Source: Luteimonas sp. (GTDB lineage Bacteria > Pseudomonadota > Gammaproteobacteria > Xanthomonadales > Xanthomonadaceae). Taken from it: DNA of 39,001 bases. Where the stretch lies: contig JBBJNO010000001.1 in the NCBI GenBank assembly GCA_037720875.1, forward strand, positions 7,912 through 46,912, given 5' to 3'. Below, one piece after another: positions 8,246-16,821 of this stretch; positions within the stretch are counted from its first letter, which is position 1, and each line of letters opens with the position of its first letter. The translations under genes and the position numbers were made by a program. Below the pieces are notes generated by a model, which was not told where the DNA came from, did no database searches, and was given only the letters and a program-made list of their open reading frames with translations.

Positions 8246-8884
8246 GGAGTTCCGTCTTCGCGAATGTTTGCATTGAATTTCAGGCGAGCTCTCGATATTG
8301 TAATCGGCAAGGGGAACCCCTCGGGGCGGATGTTGCTGCGTTGAAGCAGCCTTGCTTGATATTGCAAGGTCGCTACGCCTAGGCAGGAAGATCAATTGAG
8401 TTGCTGATCTCTGTTGGACCAACACGCGGCCGCGCCAGCTGTCTCGATGCGTAGATCACCAAAACGCCCGCGGCAGCAGCATCGCGAGGCCATACCTGTC
8501 CACCGCACTTGCCAGGCCTTGCTTCAAGAGCGCGATCAACCGCGACCGCTTGTGCAGCTCCTGGCCTTGAGCCATGTATTCTAGGGTTGCTGGGACGGCC
8601 CGCCGGATAACTCTCCACGGACACGTATCCGCAATCATATTTTGCATCCCTCCTCCGATACGAAACGTCCAAGCACGCGGTGCACATTTGCCATGGATTC
8701 GCATCCCCACCCTGCACGGGCGCCAAGACCCCGCAGCGCCGATCAACGAGGGCGCTGTCACGATGTCAACGGCGATGCAGATCGGCAACACCCTGTCGTG
8801 TTGTCGCTATCGGCATGTCGGCGAAGGATGCACACGTTCAAACTGATTCCCCAGCCCGTGTTGCGCGGGTTTTAGTCCTGAGCC
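8246..8884. promoter_or_regulatory. 639-bp divergent intergenic region (promoters for the 5885-8245 gene and the gtrA2 gene must lie here)
   Basis: It lies between divergent starts at 8245 (-) and 8885 (+). It contains only short overlapping ORFs with no recognisable domains. I could not map any -35/-10 or ops element with confidence. Confidence 0.4.
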
Positions 8885-9283
8885 ATGCGTACCGTCATCT
8901 TCTATTCGCTGTTTGCCGGCATCGCGATGTTGATCAATCTCGCCACTCAAGCGACCGTGGTGCATTGGTATGCAGGGGCGTACGCCATACCGCTGTCGGT
9001 GCTCGCAGGTACGATTTCCGGTGTTTCTGTCAAATACGTACTGGACAAGAACTACATTTTTCGCAAGTCGTATTCGCGCATTGACCGGCATATCCGCTCC
9101 GCCTCTCTCTACCTGGTTGCCAGCGTGGCCACCACATTGATTTTCTGGGGGGTCGAAGCGGCATTCCATTTTGCCTTCGGGTCCGCGGAGATGCGTTATC
9201 TGGGCGGTGCAATCGGCTTGACCCTGGGTTACATCCTCAAATTCCATCTCGACAAGAAGTTTGCGTTTGGAGGGGATAGCTAG
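8885..9283 (+). CDS. gtrA: GtrA-family small membrane protein (second copy)
   Basis: It is 132 aa with four hydrophobic helices. It carries the family signatures KYVLDKNYIFRK and KFHLDKKFAFG. Confidence 0.8.
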   Translation: MRTVIFYSLFAGIAMLINLATQATVVHWYAGAYAIPLSVLAGTISGVSVKYVLDKNYIFRKSYSRIDRHIRSASLYLVASVATTLIFWGVEAAFHFAFGSAEMRYLGGAIGLTLGYILKFHLDKKFAFGGDS

Positions 9284-9356
9284 AATCGTTGGCCGTGCCG
9301 CTGCGAACCGCCTGACCAACGCGAGCAACGATGGCCACCGCCTCTGGCTTCACCTG

Positions 9357-9388
9357 AAAAGGCCGGCCCTGTGCGCAGGCCCGGTCTT
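9357..9388. terminator. Stem-loop between convergent genes, a likely bidirectional intrinsic terminator
   Basis: AAGGCCGG-C-CCTG-tgcg-CAGG-C-CCGGTCTT spans 9359-9388. It forms 8+4 bp with one G-U pair and one C/C mismatch. On the minus strand it is followed by UUUU (9357-9360). It lies 36 nt past the 9426 stop and 75 nt past the 9283 stop. Confidence 0.45.
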
Positions 9389-9425
9389 AGGGCTTCGAAG
9401 ACCCAGCTCTCCGGCGAGGCCAGTT

Positions 9426-11270
9426 TTATTTTACCGAGACAAGCACCCAGTCCGTATCGGGGTTGCCGTTGTTGTCGATCACGATCGTCAACTTGGCATT
9501 TCCATCCACATCAATCACGGCGGTCTGTGGCGCATTGGTCGTTACCACCGCTGCATGCAGCACAGCATCCCCGGAGATGATCCGGGCACTGACGTTGCCT
9601 GCGCCGCGCCTGATCGCATCCTCGGGAATATTTGGAGCCATGCTGATGGTCACGGCGGCCGTCTCTTGCCCGCTGGCCTTTGCAAATTTGTTCAAGTCGA
9701 ATGCGAAACGGGTGGGTGTGGTCAAGCCCGGATGTACGAACAACGACAAGCCCTGCGCGTGCACTGTGCCGAATTGGTCGCCGGCCTCGATTTCCCCGAC
9801 ATAGCTCATGAGGTCCCTGAGCGGCTCGCTATTCGAAACCCTGTCGAGCACGTCCTCCCTGGCAATCACCAGGAAGGAGTAATCGCCGCCTGCCTTCGCC
9901 GTCTTGTCGAAGACCTTGATGACAACGTAGTCCTTGGCGAATGCAGGGCTCGGCTGTGACGTGCTTTGCATGATGACGATCTCCGGCTCATACCGGGCGA
10001 CCACATCGCCTTCCTCATATTTACGATTGAGGAAGGAGCAGTCGATCACGTGCCGCCGGGAGTAGTAGGCCGGGTTGCCCCAGCAGGTCAGTACCCGGAA
10101 GTCTCTTGGTGTGTTGGCCGCCACCCATCGCCCGGCTTCCGCACGATCGTATTCCTGATGGGCGTTGTAGGTTTTGTACAGTTTGGTCAATGCACGTTCG
10201 CGGGGAATTCCGAAGAAGAAGATCGACAGCAAGACTAGCGCGGGAACGCCGATACTCAAGGCAGGCGCAAACCGGCCGGCTCGCGCGCCAACCAGCCCGG
10301 ACACTGCCTGCATGCCCATGGCTGCAAGCGCGAACAGGGCAAATACTGCTGGCATGGCATACCAGTTGTAGGGCTCGAAGGGATACTTGAGCGTGTAAGC
10401 GAGCACGTGCGCGGCCAGACTTGCGCACAGGAAGATGAGCAGTGGCAGACGCCTGCGACACAACAACAGGCAGGCGGCGACTGCGAGGCCTGCGGACCAG
10501 AGGTGATTCCCCAAAAAGACCGTCTTGCCGAACCACGTCCAGTCAATGACCCGGGGATGGTTTTGCTGATGCAAAATCTTGGTCAAAAATGAGTTGGGGA
10601 CAGGCGCACCGAAATAGACCCATGCAAACCCATACCAGGCCAATGCTATTGCGGCGGCAACGATGACCGCCCTGACCGGGAACCTGCCCTCCCGCAGCCA
10701 ATGCGCCGCAAGCAACAGGCCGCCGACGGGGACAAGATCGAGCTTGTTGACTATCAACAGCCCTGCGACGACACCGACCATCCACGCGCGTGGTGTGCCC
10801 AGCAGTGACCAGACAGCCAGCGCAAGCAATAGAAACGTCAGCGGAGTCTCGAGGCCCGCGCCCACGAAATACATTGTTTCCGTGTCGAAAGCCGACAGCG
10901 CGACAAAGCTCAGTCCGGCCACAAGACCCACCCTGCGCGCCAACACCAATGCCGTCAGCGAAAGAGCGATGGCGCTCATGCCGATCCCGGCACCGACCAG
11001 TGCCGACACTGGCGATACGCCGAACTTCATCACCAGTGCGATGACTAGAGGATGGAGCGGAGCGCTCGCGCCCCACACCGGCGCCTCGCCTGGATTCCAC
11101 ACCCAGAACTCGCCCTGGAGCATGTTTTCCGCATAACGCAGGAAAAAAGCCGCGTCATCCGCGATTTCCATGCCCACCTGCGCGCGCATGGCAAACACGT
11201 AGAGGATGACTGCCAGGATGAAAAAAAACAGCCTGTGCAATGGGCTTTCCATGTTGAAATACTTACTCAT
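9426..11270 (-). CDS. GT-C-fold membrane glycosyltransferase (ArnT/Emb/Aft-like) with a C-terminal beta-sandwich domain
   Basis: ORF trimmed to ATG 11270, with GGAG..GGGG upstream. There are roughly 11 hydrophobic segments. The first-loop motif is EIADDAAFFLRYAENMLQGEFWVWNPGEAPVWGASAPLH, a DD motif typical of GT-C enzymes. A C-terminal stretch of about 200 aa is soluble and ends in KLTIVIDNNGNPDTDWVLVSVK. Confidence 0.7.
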   Translation of the reverse strand: MSKYFNMESPLHRLFFFILAVILYVFAMRAQVGMEIADDAAFFLRYAENMLQGEFWVWNPGEAPVWGASAPLHPLVIALVMKFGVSPVSALVGAGIGMSAIALSLTALVLARRVGLVAGLSFVALSAFDTETMYFVGAGLETPLTFLLLALAVWSLLGTPRAWMVGVVAGLLIVNKLDLVPVGGLLLAAHWLREGRFPVRAVIVAAAIALAWYGFAWVYFGAPVPNSFLTKILHQQNHPRVIDWTWFGKTVFLGNHLWSAGLAVAACLLLCRRRLPLLIFLCASLAAHVLAYTLKYPFEPYNWYAMPAVFALFALAAMGMQAVSGLVGARAGRFAPALSIGVPALVLLSIFFFGIPRERALTKLYKTYNAHQEYDRAEAGRWVAANTPRDFRVLTCWGNPAYYSRRHVIDCSFLNRKYEEGDVVARYEPEIVIMQSTSQPSPAFAKDYVVIKVFDKTAKAGGDYSFLVIAREDVLDRVSNSEPLRDLMSYVGEIEAGDQFGTVHAQGLSLFVHPGLTTPTRFAFDLNKFAKASGQETAAVTISMAPNIPEDAIRRGAGNVSARIISGDAVLHAAVVTTNAPQTAVIDVDGNAKLTIVIDNNGNPDTDWVLVSVK

Positions 11271-11384
11271 CCCCTGCTTCTCCGTTCCAGCGCGCGCAGC
11301 ACATATCGACACTGGCAATCCCGATCTCCGTGACAATCCGGCCGGCGGACCGAGGCCATCCGCAGTGATTGTCTCCTCGATGTT

Positions 11385-13736
11385 TCATCTGGTAATGCCC
11401 CTGACATTTGTCAGAAACGAGCGCAACCCCTGTTGCGCCACCACAAACGGAAGCAATCGTTCCAACGCGTGCAGCATCGAACCATCGTAGGGGAGTGGTT
11501 CGACCGGATAGTCAGCCCAGTCAAGGCTGAGGTCGAACAAGGGTTGGAGCGCTTCGACACGGGCCCAGAACATCGTGCCCACCGGGAATTCGAATTGCTC
11601 CGGCAGATCTTCCGGCAAGTCCAACTTGCGGCATAGCGCTACTGCCGCAGTCCGGTTGCGGCCCCAGTCGAGCAGATTGGGTTCATCGGGAAAAATCATG
11701 CCGATGGAAGGATCCGCCGCCATTCGACCGACGATGATGTCGACCATGCTGGCTTCGCCGCCGAGCAGGTTCTCGAACAGGAATGTTCGCCAGGCCTTGC
11801 TCATGACCACGTCAGCGACATCCGCTGTCTTTTTGGTATGTAGATGCCCGACGATATCGTAATCGCGGGTGAGCCTGGGCCCGAACGCGGTCAGCAACGG
11901 GCCGATGTCGCGTCCGCGGTTGGGCACCACTTCAACAACCGTCCTGCCGCCATACTCATGCAACATGCTGCGTACCCGATCCCCGACCAACCCGGTCGGC
12001 ACGCTGACAAACAGATCCGGCTGCAGCCGATTGCGGCCCAGACGCTCGAGCATCTCAGGCAGCAGTTCGGGGTAATAGACGTGAAGATGCAGCGCAACAC
12101 GTAACCCGGCGGGCAGCGCACCCGGCACCTCCTCCGAGGTGATGACATCGTGTAGCCAGGGCCCGGCTGGGCAACCGGCACGCAGGTAATCGAGCACCGG
12201 ATCGGTACCGGCTCCCTCGGCCCGCAGGGCGTCATAGATGCCCGGATGGAATCCCGGAAACGGCTTGCGGCGATCAAAGCCAGCTGTCCAGGGGCGCACG
12301 TATTTCCACCGAATGAGTTCCACCGGATTCTCATGCGCCTGCGTGGAAGACAGGAAGTCCAGGCGGGAGACCGCCGAACGATGAATGTCTTTGGCAATCT
12401 GCAGCTCTTGATCCGCTTGGGCGCCCGCCGCCAGCGCAAGCACCTCCAGCGATCGGATGTAACGACCCATGTCGAAATAATCGTGGGCAATCGGCTCCAG
12501 ATCGCGCCCCACCTTTTCCCGCAATTCCGCCGAGCGCGCAAATTCGATTACGCGCGCGGCCATCGCGGCGGTATCGAGGTAAGGCACGACGCATTCCCGG
12601 GCCATGCCATGTTCGGCGAGGACATCGGCGATGCCGGTCGTGCGGTCGAAACAGATCACCGGCAAGCGATGCGACATCGCCTCGATGGCCACGCCGGGTA
12701 GCGGGTCCAGACGGGAGGTCAGCAGCAGCATGTCCGACAGGTTGTAGACCTCCTCGACCAGTGGGGTGTTGTCCATGAAATGCACATGGTGTTGCAGGCC
12801 TGCGCGCTGTATCTGGTCGGCGAGGAAAAAGGAGTATTCCCCGCCGTGCCCAGGGTCGCCGATCCACACAAAACGGACGGGAACTTCGGGTGCCGACTGA
12901 ACCACCCTGGTGACGCAATCGATAAAAAGTTCAACGCCTTTGCGGATTTGCACCGCGCCGATACCGATAACGACCAAGGTGTCTTGCGGTAGCGACGGTG
13001 GGCGCAAGACCGCGCGGATTCTGCTCATTTCTGTCGCAAACGTGTCTGCGTCGATCTCATCGACGAGCAATGTGCAGCGTCCCTGAGGCAAGAACTGGCA
13101 GGTCCTGCCCCGCAACTGCGGATATTGCGTCACGACGTCCTGGTAGGTCAGCTGGGTCGAGAACACCACTTCGCTCGCCCAGAAAAACGCGGTCTTGAAA
13201 GCGGACCTGGGACGGGTATAAGACGCAAACTCGTGAATCATCGTCACCGCCGGGATCGATGCGCGGGCCAGGGGCTCGAGTACCAATGCCGATTCGATGC
13301 TGTTGACGATGGCGAACTTGAAGTCGTGCATTTGCACCAGCTGTGCCACGGTCTCGTTGATCAGGCACGCGTTGTGCCTTGGCACGACCGGCCCCACCAC
13401 TTGCACGCAGGCTTCCCGGAACGCCTCGACCAACGGGCCGCCGCCCAAGAGCAAAGACACGACGTTGTATTTTTCCTGCAAACCCCGCACCAGATTCAGG
13501 CTCAAGATCGGCGCGCCGGTCATCGAGGCCTCGTGGCTCACCACCAGGATCGTGTCCCGCGTGCGATCGAACGGCACCTGCCCATTGATCGCGTTGACCG
13601 TCGGCTTGGCACCCAGCCTGCCCTCGTTGCGACCGAACTGGATGAAATGCTCATAGGGGTCCATGCCGGATGGACCGATATCGGGGTAATGTCGGAGGTA
13701 GAACTCCTTGTCGAAATCCGGGGCGCTTTCGCTCAT
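11385..13736 (-). CDS. Bifunctional glycosyltransferase: N-terminal GT4 (GT1-family) plus C-terminal rhamnan-synthesis-protein-F (RgpF) domain; paralog 1
   Basis: The GT4 motif is [27 protein letters not shown]. The RgpF-type motifs are [52 protein letters not shown] and [15 protein letters not shown]. The start overlaps the upstream stop (ATGA at 13733-13736). Confidence 0.85.
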   Translation of the reverse strand: MSESAPDFDKEFYLRHYPDIGPSGMDPYEHFIQFGRNEGRLGAKPTVNAINGQVPFDRTRDTILVVSHEASMTGAPILSLNLVRGLQEKYNVVSLLLGGGPLVEAFREACVQVVGPVVPRHNACLINETVAQLVQMHDFKFAIVNSIESALVLEPLARASIPAVTMIHEFASYTRPRSAFKTAFFWASEVVFSTQLTYQDVVTQYPQLRGRTCQFLPQGRCTLLVDEIDADTFATEMSRIRAVLRPPSLPQDTLVVIGIGAVQIRKGVELFIDCVTRVVQSAPEVPVRFVWIGDPGHGGEYSFFLADQIQRAGLQHHVHFMDNTPLVEEVYNLSDMLLLTSRLDPLPGVAIEAMSHRLPVICFDRTTGIADVLAEHGMARECVVPYLDTAAMAARVIEFARSAELREKVGRDLEPIAHDYFDMGRYIRSLEVLALAAGAQADQELQIAKDIHRSAVSRLDFLSSTQAHENPVELIRWKYVRPWTAGFDRRKPFPGFHPGIYDALRAEGAGTDPVLDYLRAGCPAGPWLHDVITSEEVPGALPAGLRVALHLHVYYPELLPEMLERLGRNRLQPDLFVSVPTGLVGDRVRSMLHEYGGRTVVEVVPNRGRDIGPLLTAFGPRLTRDYDIVGHLHTKKTADVADVVMSKAWRTFLFENLLGGEASMVDIIVGRMAADPSIGMIFPDEPNLLDWGRNRTAAVALCRKLDLPEDLPEQFEFPVGTMFWARVEALQPLFDLSLDWADYPVEPLPYDGSMLHALERLLPFVVAQQGLRSFLTNVRGITR

Positions 13737-15286
13737 TGCGCCGAGTTCCCTCGGTCATCGATTGTCAGCCACCGCAATGGCGCCGACCAGCGCCAGCTTC
13801 GTGATTGCTGCAGCCCCTCAAGCGATTCCGAAAGCGCCTGGCGCTCGTCTTCGCGCAGCTTCACCAATGCTTCCAGTTCCCGCGCCCGCCTCTCAAACAC
13901 CGCAATCTGACCTTTCGCTGCATCCAGTTCGACAGCCATTGCCTTCGCTTGCTGCTTGTGCTCCAACACTCGCTCCTGTTGAAGCGTCAACCCGTGATCG
14001 CTTTCCTGAATCTGTCGGCTCAACTGCTCGGCAGTGGAGGCATGGATCTTTAACTGCGTATTAACTGCTGCCAACTGCGAATTGACCGCCGCAAGCTCAT
14101 CCTGATGGGCTGCCGATTGTTCCTCGGCCCGGGACACATACGCCTTGAACTGGGCATCGATCGACGCCAACTCCTCCTGACTGGCGGCGGATTGCGCCTG
14201 TGCCTCGGTAATGGTTGCCTGCTGCGTCGAGATGTGCCGTTGCAGGTCCTGGATGTCGCGCGCCACAAGTCTTGACTCGGCGACATGGGCGCGGGCGTTC
14301 TGGTCAGCGGCCAGCAACTGCGCCGCAGCCTCTGCAAGATCCGCCTTGCGATCGGCGACTTGTCCATTGAGCAATTTGATCTGCTCTTCGCGGTCGGCGA
14401 TTTCCTGCATCAGGTGCTCAAGGTGTCCGGTCTGGATTTTGGCAAACGCGTCGGCTTTGCCAAGTTGCAGGTTCGCATCGGCAATCTGCGTTTGGGCAGC
14501 ATCAAGCTGCAACTTCAGCTGCCGTTGCAGCGCGCGGTGCGCGACGAGTTCGGCTTCACGGGCTTGCGGCTGGCCGTTGACTACGTCGTCATACGAGAGG
14601 GTCTCGACGCGGGCGGCAGCGCATTCGAACAGCCGCAGCGCCAATGCTTCCTCGTCGGCGTCCATCTGTGACAGGGCGAGCACGCTGTCCGGTAGCACCC
14701 GACCCACCAGCAGGACGCCAAGACCATGCGAATGATGGAATTCGAACGACGGATACCGCTTTGCCATTTCGGACCACAGCTTCCAGACGCCAAACTCCCG
14801 TTCGCGAACCATGGTGTCGTGGAAGAGGACGACGCCGCGCTCCGAAAGCTTGGGCAACCAGGTCTCCAGGTCGTGCCGAACCGCTTCGTAGGTATGCAAT
14901 CCATCGATATGCAGCAAGTCGATGCTGCCGTCGGCGAAGTAAGAGAGTGCGTCGTCGAATGTCATGCGCATGAGCTGTGAGAAGCTCGCGTACAGGTTGT
15001 CATGCGTGGCGCGCAAGGTGTCGTAGATCTCGTCGTCGTAGGCGCCGGCGTGCTCATCGCCTTGCCATGTGTCCACCGCAAAACACTTGCTGGGCAAATC
15101 GTTTTCGCGCACGGCCTGACAAAAAGCCAGGTACGACGTGCCGGTGTGGGTGCCCAGTTCCACCAGCACCATGGGTTTGAGTTCTTCAACGATCCAGCCT
15201 GCAAACGGGATATGCCCGATCCACGCGCTGGGGGGCACATTCAGCGGCTTCATGAACATGCTGGTGTTGAGTTTGAACGCGCTCAT
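13733..15286 (-). CDS. SAM-dependent methyltransferase (Methyltransf_24/CmcI-like) fused to a coiled coil of about 250 aa; WbdD-like O-antigen chain terminator/ruler candidate
   Basis: The N-terminal motifs are [12 protein letters not shown] and [15 protein letters not shown]...VVLFHD. Residues from about 241 to 494 are Q/A/E/L-rich heptad-like sequence with no Pro or Gly clusters. The C-terminal motif is [13 protein letters not shown]. It is ATGA-coupled to wzt upstream and to the GT4+RgpF gene downstream. Confidence 0.8.
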   Translation of the reverse strand: MSAFKLNTSMFMKPLNVPPSAWIGHIPFAGWIVEELKPMVLVELGTHTGTSYLAFCQAVRENDLPSKCFAVDTWQGDEHAGAYDDEIYDTLRATHDNLYASFSQLMRMTFDDALSYFADGSIDLLHIDGLHTYEAVRHDLETWLPKLSERGVVLFHDTMVREREFGVWKLWSEMAKRYPSFEFHHSHGLGVLLVGRVLPDSVLALSQMDADEEALALRLFECAAARVETLSYDDVVNGQPQAREAELVAHRALQRQLKLQLDAAQTQIADANLQLGKADAFAKIQTGHLEHLMQEIADREEQIKLLNGQVADRKADLAEAAAQLLAADQNARAHVAESRLVARDIQDLQRHISTQQATITEAQAQSAASQEELASIDAQFKAYVSRAEEQSAAHQDELAAVNSQLAAVNTQLKIHASTAEQLSRQIQESDHGLTLQQERVLEHKQQAKAMAVELDAAKGQIAVFERRARELEALVKLREDERQALSESLEGLQQSRSWRWSAPLRWLTIDDRGNSAQ

Positions 15287-16710
15287 GGTGTCCTCGTTGT
15301 GAGACTTGTTTCGGTGTCGTCCGTAGCATTCGAATCATCAACCACGGCCTGCAGGCTGATCGCGCGCATCGAAACGCCGACCAGACCGGTCGACACGCTG
15401 GTCGCATGCGACTCTAGGACGATTGCGTCGTGGATCCATTCGGCCTGTTGGTGCTCCAGCTGCGTACCGTAGGCGATGGAGACGTCGAAGGAATATTGCC
15501 CCTTGGGGAGGATGGGCATCCTGAATTCAAAGCAGGCTTTGAGGCATTGGCCCGCGGCGATCGCGACCGGCGAATCCGCGTAGGCCAGATAGGTGTTGTC
15601 GCCGATCAGATGCTGGCCCAGCCGGTCCTTCAGGAAGAAACCGACGATCGCGCTGTGCAAAACCGAGTTGGTCCTGCCGTTCACTTCCAGCCGGACGATT
15701 TCCCCCCCGACGATCCACGAGATGGGATGCCTCAGGGCATCGGTGAGCCGGGCCGAGGTAACGTGCGCCGAACCATCGCCAAAGCCCGATCGATTCGGAT
15801 CGAAGCGGAATACTTCGATGTCGTTGCGTAGATGCGAGCGCGCAATCAGCGCCGCGCGCGGATCGGTGATGGCATCCTCGTCGGTGGCGTCAGACGCTAC
15901 GGCCGGCTGCATGGGCAGCGAATACGCGGCCGACGCGTGATACGCCTCGGACACATCCTTGGCGGTCCCCTGCATCGCCAAGTTCCCGTGCTCGAGCATG
16001 AGCGCGCTGTCGCACAGGTTTACCACCGCCGCGGCGTCGTGACTCACGAACAGGACGGTGCCTGTCTCCTGGAACTTGCGCAGGAAGCGCATGCATTTCT
16101 GCCCGAAGAACACATCGCCGACCGACAGCGCCTCGTCGATGACGAGGATGTCCGCGTCGGCATGGGCGATCACCGCGAACGCCAGCCGCACGAACATGCC
16201 GCTGGAATAGGTCTTCACCGGCTGGGCGACGAAATCGCCGATGTCGGCAAATGCAACGATGTCGTCATAGCGGGCGTCGATCTGCCGGCGCGTGAGGCCC
16301 AGCACCGCGCCGCTCATGTAGATGTTTTCGCGGCCGGTGAACTCAGGATTGAAGCCGCTGCCCAGTTCCAACAGCGCGGCGACACGGCCGTTGACTTCGA
16401 CGCTGCCCGACGTGGGCGTGAGGGTGCCGCAGATGATCTGCAGCAGCGTCGACTTGCCCGAGCCGTTGCGACCGATCACTCCCAGGGTTTCCCCCTTGCC
16501 GACATCGAATGACACATCGCGCAACGCCCAGAAGTCGCGGTAATAGGCGCCGGCCGGCTTGCCCACCATGCGTTGCATGCGGGGCAGCAGGGCCTGCTTG
16601 AGCCGGTCTTCCGGGCGGGCGTAGACCTGGTAACACTTCGACAGTCCGCGGACGCGGATGGCCGGTGGGGGCCGATGCGGGTCCAGCGTGGTGCCGGCTT
16701 CAGGTGACAT
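15283..16710 (-). CDS. wzt: O-antigen ABC exporter ATP-binding protein Wzt with a C-terminal glycan-binding (Wzt_C-type) domain
   Basis: It has Walker [10 protein letters not shown], signature YSSGM and Walker B ILVIDE. It also carries an extra domain of about 180 aa after the NBD. I chose the start at ATG 16710 (MSPEAG..., AAGG upstream). GTG 16767 is an alternative start. Confidence 0.9.
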   Translation of the reverse strand: MSPEAGTTLDPHRPPPAIRVRGLSKCYQVYARPEDRLKQALLPRMQRMVGKPAGAYYRDFWALRDVSFDVGKGETLGVIGRNGSGKSTLLQIICGTLTPTSGSVEVNGRVAALLELGSGFNPEFTGRENIYMSGAVLGLTRRQIDARYDDIVAFADIGDFVAQPVKTYSSGMFVRLAFAVIAHADADILVIDEALSVGDVFFGQKCMRFLRKFQETGTVLFVSHDAAAVVNLCDSALMLEHGNLAMQGTAKDVSEAYHASAAYSLPMQPAVASDATDEDAITDPRAALIARSHLRNDIEVFRFDPNRSGFGDGSAHVTSARLTDALRHPISWIVGGEIVRLEVNGRTNSVLHSAIVGFFLKDRLGQHLIGDNTYLAYADSPVAIAAGQCLKACFEFRMPILPKGQYSFDVSIAYGTQLEHQQAEWIHDAIVLESHATSVSTGLVGVSMRAISLQAVVDDSNATDDTETSLTTRTP

Positions 16711-16821
16711 CGGCAAAGCCTTTGCAAACGGCTGGTGACGCAGCTGGTCCGCACGCCCGCGCTTCACCTGTCACCGCACCGGTCTTCCATATGGAAGGTG
16801 TGCAAGGGACGTCCAAGGGCC

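Noticed and set aside
8372-8379. A possible ops/JUMPstart element upstream of the minus-strand gene. The minus strand reads GGCGTAGC.
   Set aside because: It does not match the ops core GGCGGTAG, because one G is missing. I saw no exact ops motif in either divergent intergenic region.
8246-8425. N-terminal extensions of several track ORFs: 8246-8425, 11271-11336, 356-505, 1452-1814, 2099-2548, 24141-24272, 28214-28510 and 23095-23115.
   Set aside because: The extensions overlap upstream genes or lack similarity to the families. Internal starts give canonical N-termini, RBS-like purine tracts, and ATGA/GTGA coupling with the preceding stop.
8456-8791. A 111-aa minus-strand ORF in the long intergenic gap, considered as a possible small gene.
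   Set aside because: It has no recognisable domain and no convincing RBS. It overlaps other equally long ORFs in different frames. I kept it only as a remark under the intergenic-region finding.
16784-16797. A perfect 14-bp palindrome, CTTCCATATGGAAG, between the GT paralog 2 stop and wzt. I considered it as an operator or hairpin.
   Set aside because: About 39000/4^7, or roughly 2, such 7+7 palindromes are expected by chance in this window. As RNA it gives only a 5-bp stem, and no flanking conservation can be assessed.
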